Under the pieces are notes generated by a model, which had not been told where the DNA came from, made no database searches, and worked only from the letters and a program-made list of their open reading frames with translations. A stretch of 64,000 bases of DNA from an uncultured Gemmatimonadales bacterium (lineage in GTDB: Bacteria > Gemmatimonadota > Gemmatimonadetes > Gemmatimonadales > GWC2-71-9), in contig CAWGED010000010.1 in assembly GCA_963821525.1 (NCBI GenBank), positions 136,425 to 200,424 of the forward strand, written 5' to 3'. A program made the translations under genes and the position numbers. This document shows, one piece after another, positions 56,593 through 64,000 of the stretch (positions are counted from its first letter, which is position 1; every line of letters begins with the position of its first letter).

Positions 56593-57077
56593 TTGAGCTT
56601 CCGGAGCAGCTCTTCAAGCCTGGCGAAGCTCGGATCCATGCCTTCCTTCATCCCGGTCTTGAGCGCCGCGTCGCGCGCATCCTTGGAGGGATAGGTGACA
56701 GTGAGCGTGGCCGTCGTCCGGCCGCCGGACTCGGTGAGGCGCAGGGTATTGATCGTCTCCGGCCATTCGGGTCCCCACCGCTCGGTGGTTACCAACAGTT
56801 CCGGCGGCTTCACTTCGCGCACGGTGCCGCCCATTGCCATCTCGGCGCCGTCCGCCTTGCGCCAGACGTAGCGCCAGGAGCCGCCGACCCGAAGATCGAT
56901 CTGGCACTCCGGCATGGTCCAGCCTTCAGGTCCGAGCATCCACTGCTGGATGTGCTTCGGCTGGGTCCAGGTGTCGAAGACCAGCCGGCGTGGCGCATCC
57001 AGGACTCTGGTGAACTCGACTTCACGATCATTCGGCGTCGCAAAGGCGGTCACGCCGGGTTTAGTTGCGGTCGTCAT
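56589..57077 (-). CDS. SRPBCC family protein
   Basis: TRVLDAPRRLVF..WT.P...CQIDLRVGGSWRY. Confidence 0.9.
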   Translation of the reverse strand: MTTATKPGVTAFATPNDREVEFTRVLDAPRRLVFDTWTQPKHIQQWMLGPEGWTMPECQIDLRVGGSWRYVWRKADGAEMAMGGTVREVKPPELLVTTERWGPEWPETINTLRLTESGGRTTATLTVTYPSKDARDAALKTGMKEGMDPSFARLEELLRKLK

Positions 57078-57417
57078 CGGACTTCTCCTGTTCCTTGAGA
57101 TGTTGAAGATAGGTGTCGAGGCGCGCGTAACTCGCGTCCCAGAAACGGCGGAACTCCCCGGCCCATTCCGCTACCTCTTTGAGTGGGGCGGCGGCCAGGG
57201 TGCGTGGGCGCCACTGGGCCTCCCGGCCCCGCTGGATCAGCCCAGCGCGCTCGAGTACGCGGAGGTGCTTGGAGATGGCGGGCCCGCTCATGTCGAAGGG
57301 GGCCGAAAGGTCTTTCACGGTTGCCGCTCCGTCGGCCAGCCGCACCAGAATGGCTCGGCGGGTCGGGTCGGCGAGGGCCGAGAAAGTGGTGCTCAGGGCG
57401 TCGGTAGCGGCTCGCAT
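57061..57417 (-). CDS. ArsR/SmtB family transcriptional regulator
   Basis: FSALADPTRRAIL.RL...AISKHLRVLERAGLI. Confidence 0.9.
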   Translation of the reverse strand: MRAATDALSTTFSALADPTRRAILVRLADGAATVKDLSAPFDMSGPAISKHLRVLERAGLIQRGREAQWRPRTLAAAPLKEVAEWAGEFRRFWDASYARLDTYLQHLKEQEKSDDDRN

Positions 57418-57438
57418 AGTCTTATGGGTCAATGTGTA

Positions 57439-57468
57439 TAACTTTGTGGTTAGCTAACCCACTGGTTA
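57439..57468. promoter_or_regulatory. tandem TAAC-N6-GTTA palindromes (probable ArsR operator)
   Basis: TAACtttgtgGTTA 57439-57452 and TAACccactgGTTA 57455-57468. Confidence 0.65.
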
Positions 57469-57529
57469 TATAGTACAGAAACCTATTGGCGTCAAGAGCC
57501 TTCTCGGCCGGACGCCGGGTCACCAGTCG

Positions 57530-58000
57530 ATGATCGACATTATTTCGCAGCTCCGCGCCGCCCTGGAGCACAACCTCTCTCGTCCAGCGAAGGCACGACT
57601 CCTCGCGGAAACGCTGCGCGAGGGGCGGAACTATCGGTGGGTTGGCCTTTACGACGTGGGGCCGGCAGAGATTACCGCGATCGCCTGGACGGGATCAGAG
57701 TCGCCCGCGTTCCCGAGTTTCCCGATCACTCAGGGTCTGAATGGTGCCGCCGCGGCGAGCGGCAAGCCGGTCATCGTTCAGGATGTGTCTCAGGATCCCA
57801 GATGGCTCACGACCTTCGGCTCGACTCGAGCCGAGGCAATTTTTCCCGTGATGGGAGTTGGGGGAAAAGTGGTAGGAACCATTGATGTCGAGAGCGACCG
57901 GATCGGAGCGTTCGGTCCCGACGATGAGGCACTGCTGGATGAAGCGGCGCGAGTGCTTCGCCCCTTCTGGACCCATCCACCGACTGGGGGATCCGCGTGA
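57530..58000 (+). CDS. GAF domain protein (MsrC/YebR-like, no cysteines)
   Basis: WVGLY, GLNGAAA, VQDVSQDPR, GTIDVES. Confidence 0.82.
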   Translation: MIDIISQLRAALEHNLSRPAKARLLAETLREGRNYRWVGLYDVGPAEITAIAWTGSESPAFPSFPITQGLNGAAAASGKPVIVQDVSQDPRWLTTFGSTRAEAIFPVMGVGGKVVGTIDVESDRIGAFGPDDEALLDEAARVLRPFWTHPPTGGSA

Positions 58001-59166
58001 TGCAATCAGGATCTCACAACCGATTGAAGACCGGCCTGTCGGCCTGGGCGATTCTCGTGGCGGGGACTTCGCTGATCGGCTGCCCTCACGCGGAGCGGCC
58101 AACCGGCTGGACCGACACCTCACCACACCGAGGGCAGTTCGTCGCTGTCGCACCGGGAGTCACGCTCGAAGTGCTCGACTGGGGCGGTTCGGGAACTCCG
58201 CTGGTCTTTCTCTCCGGACTTCAGGACGTGGCCCACGGGTTCGACGACTTCGCTCCGCGCTTCACCGATCACTTTCACGTGTTTGCCATCACCCGTCGCG
58301 GGTATGGGGCCTCGAGCCAGGCACCCTCAGGCTATGACCTGGCGACCCGGGTCGCCGATCTTCGCGCGGTGCTCGACTCGCTGCATCTCACTCGGGTGGC
58401 ACTGGTGGGCCACTCGATTGCCGGCGACGAGCTCACCGCGTTCGCCGCCGCGTTCCCCGAGAGGGTGAGTCACCTGGTGTATCTCGACGCGGCTTATGAT
58501 CACTCCGGTGTCGGAGTTCTGGTTCGCGACTACCCTCCCCTTCCCCCGATGGTTGCCGCGGATTCCGCCTCACCCAAAGCGGTGCAGGCTTACATCCTGG
58601 GCACCTACGGCGCACTGATCCCCGAGTCCCAGCTCCGGGCCATCGGCCGCTACGACAGCTCGGATCATTTGACGGGAAACGTGACGCCCGAGTGGATCGA
58701 TTCTCAGATGCTGCAGGGCTGCGGTCACCCCGACTACAAGGCGGTCCGGACACCCGCACTGGTGATCGACGCCGTGGTGGATTCGGCGTCGCAAGTCTTC
58801 CCCACTCTTGCGCAACTCGATTCTACCACCAGGCAGGCGGCGATTCGTTTTACCGGGACGCTGCAGCGGTGGGGGGCGACCGAGCGGGAAAAGGTTCGCC
58901 GGGAGCTGGCGGGAGCAGAAATCCTGGAGCTGCACGGAGCCAATCACTACGTGTTCTACTCGCATCCCGCGCAAGTGACCGAGGCGATGCGACAATTTCT
59001 CGGCGAGACCTGCCGGGCAGTAAGGCTTGCAGGCCGATCTAGCGGCGGGAGACCGGCCTCCTTCGACTGCGCGCCTTCTGCTGACCCCAACCCGCCGCAT
59101 ACTCCGTCCGCAGCAGTTCCAGCAGCCGCAGTGCGGCCTGACTCAGGAATCCTCCCTTCCGGGTGA
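58000..59166 (+). CDS. alpha/beta fold hydrolase, probable lipoprotein (true stop probably near 59023)
   Basis: LDWGGSG, TRRGYG, GHSIAG nucleophile, GANHY; tail overlapping the LysR gene looks like read-through. Confidence 0.85.
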   Translation: MQSGSHNRLKTGLSAWAILVAGTSLIGCPHAERPTGWTDTSPHRGQFVAVAPGVTLEVLDWGGSGTPLVFLSGLQDVAHGFDDFAPRFTDHFHVFAITRRGYGASSQAPSGYDLATRVADLRAVLDSLHLTRVALVGHSIAGDELTAFAAAFPERVSHLVYLDAAYDHSGVGVLVRDYPPLPPMVAADSASPKAVQAYILGTYGALIPESQLRAIGRYDSSDHLTGNVTPEWIDSQMLQGCGHPDYKAVRTPALVIDAVVDSASQVFPTLAQLDSTTRQAAIRFTGTLQRWGATEREKVRRELAGAEILELHGANHYVFYSHPAQVTEAMRQFLGETCRAVRLAGRSSGGRPASFDCAPSADPNPPHTPSAAVPAAAVRPDSGILPSG

Positions 59167-59989
59167 CCAGATAAACCGGCGCGGCGACAGCGAGCAGCCT
59201 CACCGCAATCGTGCTCAGGCTTCCTGCCGCGAGCTCCTCCGTGATGCTGCTCTCCGTCATCAAAGCCAGCCCGAATCCCGCTTCGACCAGCCGCTTCTGG
59301 GCCGTCAGACTGTCCACCGCAGTCCATTCGACCTCCCCGAGTCCCTGGGTGAGGAAGAGTCCGAACACATGAGACGCGGCGATCTCCCGTTTACCTGGCA
59401 CATCAGGAAAGGCGAGCCAGCGCTCATCCCGTAGCACCTGAAGCGAAGCGACTCCGCGTCCGGCAAGCCGGTGCCCGGGACCGCACACGACCGCCAGGGG
59501 CTCGGCGCCAAGGGACTCGCATTGGAGATCGGGGGACCGGTCCCGTTCGTAGCGCAGGCCGATCGAGACCTCACCCCGGCGCACCAGATCGCTCACCTCA
59601 ACGCTGCGGGCGGTGCGGAAGGTGAGATCCACCCGCGGCTGACTCTTCGTGAACCGCTGGAGCACCGCCGTCAGGTTCGTACCGGCCAGGGTACCCACAC
59701 TCGCGAGCGAGACCGGGCCGCCGGCATCCGCCCGTAACCCACGCACCGCATCCGCGGCATCCTTCACCGCCGCCAGTGCTCGCTCGGCATAGGGCAGGAG
59801 CACTCGGCCGGCCTGGCTGAGAACGATTCCCCCGGTGACTCGTTCGAAGAGCGGCGCACCCAGCTCGTGCTCCAAGAGCGAGATGCGCCGAGAGATGGCG
59901 GGTTGGGTCCGGTTCAGGACTCGCGCAGCGCGGGAGAATCCCTGCTCCCGGTGGACTGCCACGAAGGTCTCGAGGGCCTCTGTGTCCAT
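59039..59989 (-). CDS. LysR family transcriptional regulator
   Basis: FSRAARVLNRTQPAISRRISLLEHELGAPLFER. Confidence 0.92.
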   Translation of the reverse strand: MDTEALETFVAVHREQGFSRAARVLNRTQPAISRRISLLEHELGAPLFERVTGGIVLSQAGRVLLPYAERALAAVKDAADAVRGLRADAGGPVSLASVGTLAGTNLTAVLQRFTKSQPRVDLTFRTARSVEVSDLVRRGEVSIGLRYERDRSPDLQCESLGAEPLAVVCGPGHRLAGRGVASLQVLRDERWLAFPDVPGKREIAASHVFGLFLTQGLGEVEWTAVDSLTAQKRLVEAGFGLALMTESSITEELAAGSLSTIAVRLLAVAAPVYLVTRKGGFLSQAALRLLELLRTEYAAGWGQQKARSRRRPVSRR

Positions 59990-59997
59990 GTTTCTAT

Positions 59998-60014
59998 CAT
60001 ACGTTTTTCTTATG
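59998..60014. promoter_or_regulatory. LysR-type T-N11-A box
   Basis: CATA-cgtttttct-TATG in the divergent intergenic region. Confidence 0.5.
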
Positions 60015-60091
60015 GCTTTGTAAAGAACTACAACTTTGACGCATGATCATTCAACCGCTAATCTGCGCCATGACCCCGAAGGAGACGGACC

Positions 60092-60946
60092 ATGGCTACC
60101 CAGAAGCAAAAAGCAGAACTCTTCAAGGCGCTCCACCATGCTCCCACCGGTTTCCTCATGCCCAACGCGTGGGACCCGGGAAGCGCCATCGTACTGGCCC
60201 AGGAGGGCTTCCCTGCCCTGGGCACCACCAGTGCCGGCATCGCGTTCTCACTCGGCAAGTGTGACTTTCAGGTCCCCGACCCAACTCTCGGACTCACCCG
60301 CGGCCCGATGTTCCAGTGCATCCGCCAGATCGTGGACGCCGTCCCCCTGCCGGTGAATGGAGACCTTGAAAACGGTTACGGGCACCGGCCGGAGACCGTG
60401 GCCGAAACCGTGCGGCTGGCGATCGAAGCGGGTTTGGCGGGCGGGAATATCGAGGATCACGATCCACGATTGCCGGACGGCCTCTACGACGAACCGCTGG
60501 CCACCGAGCGGATTCGGGCCGCCCGGGAGGCGATCGAGCATAGCGGGACGACGTTCGTCCTGAATGCGAAGATCGACGCCTACTCGCTCTCGCTTCCCGA
60601 TGCCCTCAAGATCAGCCTCCGGCGCGCCCGGTTGTTTCGCGATGCCGGCGCCGACTGTATCTACCCCTGCGGGGTGAGCGATATGGAGTCGGTTCGGATC
60701 CTGGTGCGAGAGGCCGGAGCGCCGGTCAATGTCGTGGTGGGCTGGGGTGGCGCTCGCTTCAACATCGATGAGCTGCTCGAGGCCGGGGTCACCCGGATCA
60801 GCGTGGGCGGCAGTCTCGCTCGTGCCGCACTGGGGTTCGTGCGCGCTGCCGCACGCGAGATGCGAGATCTGGGCACGATGGACTTTGCAGCGGAGCAGAT
60901 CGGCCAGGGAGAGCTGAACGAGATGTTTGCGAGGGCGCAGGGGTGA
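60092..60946 (+). CDS. isocitrate lyase/PEP mutase family protein
   Basis: PNAWD.GSA, TTSAG, GDLENGYG, GGNIED, AGADCIY. Confidence 0.9.
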   Translation: MATQKQKAELFKALHHAPTGFLMPNAWDPGSAIVLAQEGFPALGTTSAGIAFSLGKCDFQVPDPTLGLTRGPMFQCIRQIVDAVPLPVNGDLENGYGHRPETVAETVRLAIEAGLAGGNIEDHDPRLPDGLYDEPLATERIRAAREAIEHSGTTFVLNAKIDAYSLSLPDALKISLRRARLFRDAGADCIYPCGVSDMESVRILVREAGAPVNVVVGWGGARFNIDELLEAGVTRISVGGSLARAALGFVRAAAREMRDLGTMDFAAEQIGQGELNEMFARAQG

Positions 60947-61075
60947 TATTGCTGGCCCGGGAGGTTCACGTCGTCAAGAGACAATAAACCTGCGCTTGCG
61001 CGGGAGAAGGGTCGACAGGTTAGTTAGTGGAGGGACCGCGCGGGGTGCGCGGCCGGAATCTGAAATGGTGCCGTC

Positions 61076-61525
61076 ATGTCTGACCGACCGCGTGGCACGA
61101 TGTCGCAGGTTGCCGTTGGGGTGGTCGTCGCCCTGCTGGTAGGGGGGTCGGTGCCGTGGTGGTGGAGTGACCTAAAGGGTAAGCTCGGCTCGCATCCATC
61201 CCAGGTCACCGAAAAGGCCGCTCCATCTCCTCAGGAGGCCCCCCCACCATCTCCGCAACCCGCTCCGAACTCTGACGAGTACAGCCAAACCGACTACGAC
61301 GCGGTTCAATCGATCTTCGAAAGGCGTCAGAACGCCAAGACTTGTGTTGACGTGAAGCGTCTCACGAGCCGGATGCAGCAGTACTTCGGCAACCAGCACC
61401 TCGTCCCTCCCAAGTTCATCGACACGATCCGCTATCCCGCTCCTCTGCCCAAACCCACCATTTCGGATCTTGCCAAGGATAGGATTGCCCGCATCAAGGA
61501 TGCGAGGCCGAAATGCTACCCGTGA
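61076..61525 (+). CDS. hypothetical protein with N-terminal TM anchor and Pro-rich linker
   Basis: VAVGVVVALLVGG helix; APSPQEAPPPSPQP. Confidence 0.6.
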   Translation: MSDRPRGTMSQVAVGVVVALLVGGSVPWWWSDLKGKLGSHPSQVTEKAAPSPQEAPPPSPQPAPNSDEYSQTDYDAVQSIFERRQNAKTCVDVKRLTSRMQQYFGNQHLVPPKFIDTIRYPAPLPKPTISDLAKDRIARIKDARPKCYP

Positions 61526-61532
61526 CGGAGGG

Positions 61533-61566
61533 GACGTGAGAGGTTAGACGTAAGACGTAGGAGACT
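61533..61566. repeat. single GACGTRR heptamer arm
   Basis: GACGTGA GAGGTTA GACGTAA GACGTAG. Confidence 0.6.
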
Positions 61567-61682
61567 GCACCGCATTCACCACCAACACCTACTTCGATGC
61601 GCATCCTTCGTGGTGAGGCGGGCAATGACCCCACTACATTTCCCCTCAAGTCCGCCTGGAATCAGCCTCGAAGGGTTCTGCC

Positions 61683-62240
61683 GTGGCGCTCCTCAAGACC
61701 GTCTTTTGGCAACGGTTGGACCTCCCGGGATCAGAGGTCGCCCAACTCAAGGAAGAGCCGGATGCGTGGGTGATCGAGGGCCTGGTACTGGTTGCCATCG
61801 ACCGCACACCCGCCAGGCTCGAATACCGGGTTCAGTGCGACCGCTCCTGGCAAACGACCATCGCGACGGTCCAGGGCACACTCGGCGAGCAGACGGTTTC
61901 CTGCGACATACACTCCGACACTCAAGGCCACTGGTGGCTCAACGGAGTCCGAGTGCCCGCCGTAGACGGCGCGCTCGACGTTGATCTCGCCTTCACGCCA
62001 TCGACCAATCTCCTCCCGCTGCGCCGAGCTCCGTTGGCCGAAGGCGAGACGATGTCGGTTCGCGCGGCCTGGCTCACCTTTCCGGCCTTCCGCCTGGGGC
62101 CGCTCGATCAGTCGTATCGACGTTTGGGCGACCGGCGGTATCACTACCGGAGCAGCAGCTTCGAGGCCGAGCTGATGGTGGATGAGTTGGGTCTGATGGT
62201 GCGTTATGGCGACGTCTGGATCGCCAAGGCAGAGGCATGA
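61683..62240 (+). CDS. putative glycolipid-binding domain protein (DUF1089)
   Basis: FWQRLD.PG.E, DVDLAFTPSTNLLPLRR, VDE.GL.VRY. Confidence 0.85.
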   Translation: MALLKTVFWQRLDLPGSEVAQLKEEPDAWVIEGLVLVAIDRTPARLEYRVQCDRSWQTTIATVQGTLGEQTVSCDIHSDTQGHWWLNGVRVPAVDGALDVDLAFTPSTNLLPLRRAPLAEGETMSVRAAWLTFPAFRLGPLDQSYRRLGDRRYHYRSSSFEAELMVDELGLMVRYGDVWIAKAEA

Positions 62241-62334
62241 TCCAGGTCGGATCCGCCACTCCGAGCGACGCCGCCCTGTGGCTCCAAATGACACTCGACT
62301 TTCCAGGAGCCTTGAGTTGAAACACTTCAGCTCC

Positions 62335-62718
62335 ATGCCACGACGACTCTCCGCCGTGGCCTTTCTTGCGCTGAATGTCTGGGGCATCACTCACCTCGAG
62401 GCCCAGGCGAGGGCTCCCAGCCTGCACCGTTGGCAGGCGGAGCTGCCGGCACAGCAACATCGTTCCTCGTTCGCCGACAAACTTGAATACGCCGTTCCGG
62501 AAGACTCGATTTCAAAGACACATTCGCACACCTTCACTGGACTTCTGATCGGGAGCGCCGTTGGCCTGGCCTCAACGGGCCTCTTTCTAGCGGCGTTCTG
62601 TGGAGATCCCGATACCGAGTGCGGAGCAGATGAATACGGCCGTGCCCTGGTGATCATTGCGGTCCCCGCCGCCGCAGCTGGAGCGCTGATCGGTTCCCTG
62701 ATTCACACCAGGGAATGA
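62335..62718 (+). CDS. hypothetical exported/membrane protein
   Basis: Signal peptide plus glycine-zipper-like TM pair; start uncertain. Confidence 0.55.
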   Translation: MPRRLSAVAFLALNVWGITHLEAQARAPSLHRWQAELPAQQHRSSFADKLEYAVPEDSISKTHSHTFTGLLIGSAVGLASTGLFLAAFCGDPDTECGADEYGRALVIIAVPAAAAGALIGSLIHTRE

Positions 62719-62847
62719 ATCCGGCGCTGGAGGGATAAGGCCCCCAGGGGAACGCTTGGTGGTGCCGCGGTGAGGCGCGGAGGATCGATGGTTGCGGTCA
62801 GGAGTCGAACCGATACCTTCACCCTCTCACTCATCAGGTAGCGGCTT

Positions 62848-63168
62848 ATGGCAACATATCTCTGGCAGGCGTCGTATTCCGTGGACGGCACCAAGGGTCT
62901 GCTCAAGGAGGGCGGCTCGAAGCGCCGCGCGGCAGTGCAGCAGGCGGTGGAGAAGGCGGGCGGAAAGTTGCTCGCTTTCTACTTCGCGTTCGGCGAATCC
63001 GACGTCGTCGGCATCGCGGAATTCCCCGACAATGCGACAGCCGCGGCGGTCAGCATGGCGGTGAACGCGGCCGGTGCCGCGAGTCTCCGTACGACGCCGC
63101 TGGTTTCACCGGAAGAAATGGACGCTGCTGCGAAGAAGACGGTCTCGTACCGGCCGCCGGGGGCGTGA
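62848..63168 (+). CDS. GYD domain protein
   Basis: ASYS.DG.KGLLKEGGSKRR...GGKL.AFYFAFGESD...EFPD. Confidence 0.88.
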   Translation: MATYLWQASYSVDGTKGLLKEGGSKRRAAVQQAVEKAGGKLLAFYFAFGESDVVGIAEFPDNATAAAVSMAVNAAGAASLRTTPLVSPEEMDAAAKKTVSYRPPGA

Positions 63169-63170
63169 GG

Positions 63171-63299
63171 TGTCGGCTGTCAGCCGTCAGCCGTCAGCCG
63201 TCAGCCGTCGGTTCGTGAGCTATTAGCTATTAGCTATTAGCTCAGCCGCTAATAGCAGCGGCTACGGCTGACGGCACTGACGGCTGACGGCCGACAGCT
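63171..63299. repeat. nested inverted heptamer element (outer CGTCAGC, inner AGCTATT)
   Basis: (YGTCRGC)5, (AGCTATT)3, GCTAATAGC, then GCTGACG array. Confidence 0.92.
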
Positions 63300-63369
63300 A
63301 TCGACAAGTGAGCAACGACCCGCTATTCTCCTCGCCTCGTTTCACCCAAAGCGCTCCCCTGCTTTCGAG

Positions 63370-63574
63370 GTGACCAGCAAGCGTAGGAAGGGGTATCCCT
63401 CGGAGACCCGCGTGAAGCGCGGGGACCGCACGGTCCACGGCAACAAGGAGTTGCTGCCACGAGAAGTTGGGCCGCAATGATCCTTGCCCGTGTGGGTCCG
63501 GGCGCCGGTTCAAGAAGTGCTGCCTGAAGTCGGGGCGTTTCGATGGCGTAGACCGTGACTACTACTACCGCTAA
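63370..63574 (+). CDS. small SEC-C motif protein (frameshift near 63458)
   Basis: [17 protein letters not shown]... then [21 protein letters not shown]; start uncertain. Confidence 0.75.
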
Positions 63575-63580
63575 GCCAGT

Positions 63581-63612
63581 GAGCCCGACACGGACCATCC
63601 CGTGTCGGGCTC
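63581..63612 (+). terminator. perfect 13-bp hairpin, terminator-like but weak U-tract
   Basis: GAGCCCGACACGG-accatc-CCGTGTCGGGCTC just after the SEC-C stop. Confidence 0.45.
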
Positions 63613-63642
63613 TTGGCGTCTGGTAACCGGTTTCAGCACCAG

Positions 63643-64000
63643 ATGCGACTCTGGACCCTGCACCCCAGGTATCTCGATCCACCGGGACTCGTGGCGCTCT
63701 GGCGTGAAGCGCTGCTCGCGCGCGCCGTCCTGCGCGGCAAGACGCGCGGTTACCGGCATCACCCGCAGTTGCACCGTTTCCGCGCGAGCGCGATGCCGGT
63801 CACGAACCTCAACCGGTATCTGGCCGCGGTCCATCGGGAGGCAACTTCGAGAGGATATCAGTTCGACCGGTCACGGTTCGGTCCCACCCGGCGTGGAGGA
63901 CTCATTGTCGAAACGAGTGGTCAGCTGGCCTACGAGTGGGACCATCTCCTCGCCAAGCTGCGCCGACGTTCACCGACCCGATATCGTCTCTTGCGAGATC
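63643..64000 (+). CDS. pyrimidine dimer DNA glycosylase/endonuclease V family (3' partial)
   Basis: MRLWTLHPRYLD..GLVALWREALLA.AVL.GKTRGYRHHPQL. Confidence 0.88.
   Translation, partial: MRLWTLHPRYLDPPGLVALWREALLARAVLRGKTRGYRHHPQLHRFRASAMPVTNLNRYLAAVHREATSRGYQFDRSRFGPTRRGGLIVETSGQLAYEWDHLLAKLRRRSPTRYRLLRD

Noticed and set aside
59039..59166. Genuine 128-bp convergent overlap of the hydrolase and LysR genes
   Set aside because: A single-base shift near 59010 would end the hydrolase at TAA 59021-59023; the tail is low-complexity read-through
14149..63299. Repeat elements as ordinary rho-independent terminators
   Set aside because: They lack U-tracts, are periodic and nested, and also occur between divergent genes or as single arms; some terminator role at convergent pairs is not excluded
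1..64000. Classical integron or CALIN
   Set aside because: No intI, mixed gene orientation, and no RYYYAAC...GTTRRRY attC structure recognised by eye; a covariance-model search is still needed

Overview
GC-rich bacterial DNA. The two Ser/Thr kinase-TPR proteins suggest Gemmatimonadota, which is an inference. The window is a dense run of about 88 mostly short accessory genes on both strands. They include 7 VOC/glyoxalases, 3 DinB-like, 3 NTF2-like, 3 ArsR-SRPBCC pairs, several methyltransferases, 2 SulP transporters, GNAT, DMT, an APH(6)-like kinase, msrA-dipZ-msrB, a heme oxygenase behind a Fur-like box, an ECF sigma/anti-sigma pair and DNA-repair genes. I saw no rRNA, tRNA, CRISPR, integrase or transposase. 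About 15 genes carry single-base frameshifts, often in short homopolymers and probably long-read errors, and a few carry larger internal deletions. The main unexplained signal is about 21 intergenic elements made of degenerate 7-, 8- or 9-nt tandem repeats of several sequence families. Many form inverted, sometimes nested hairpins with the same polarity, supply the upstream stop codon and abut a downstream start codon lacking a Shine-Dalgarno sequence. One 30-mer occurs in three exact copies, two of which bound a single-gene unit, suggesting an unrecognised cassette or gene-junction system.
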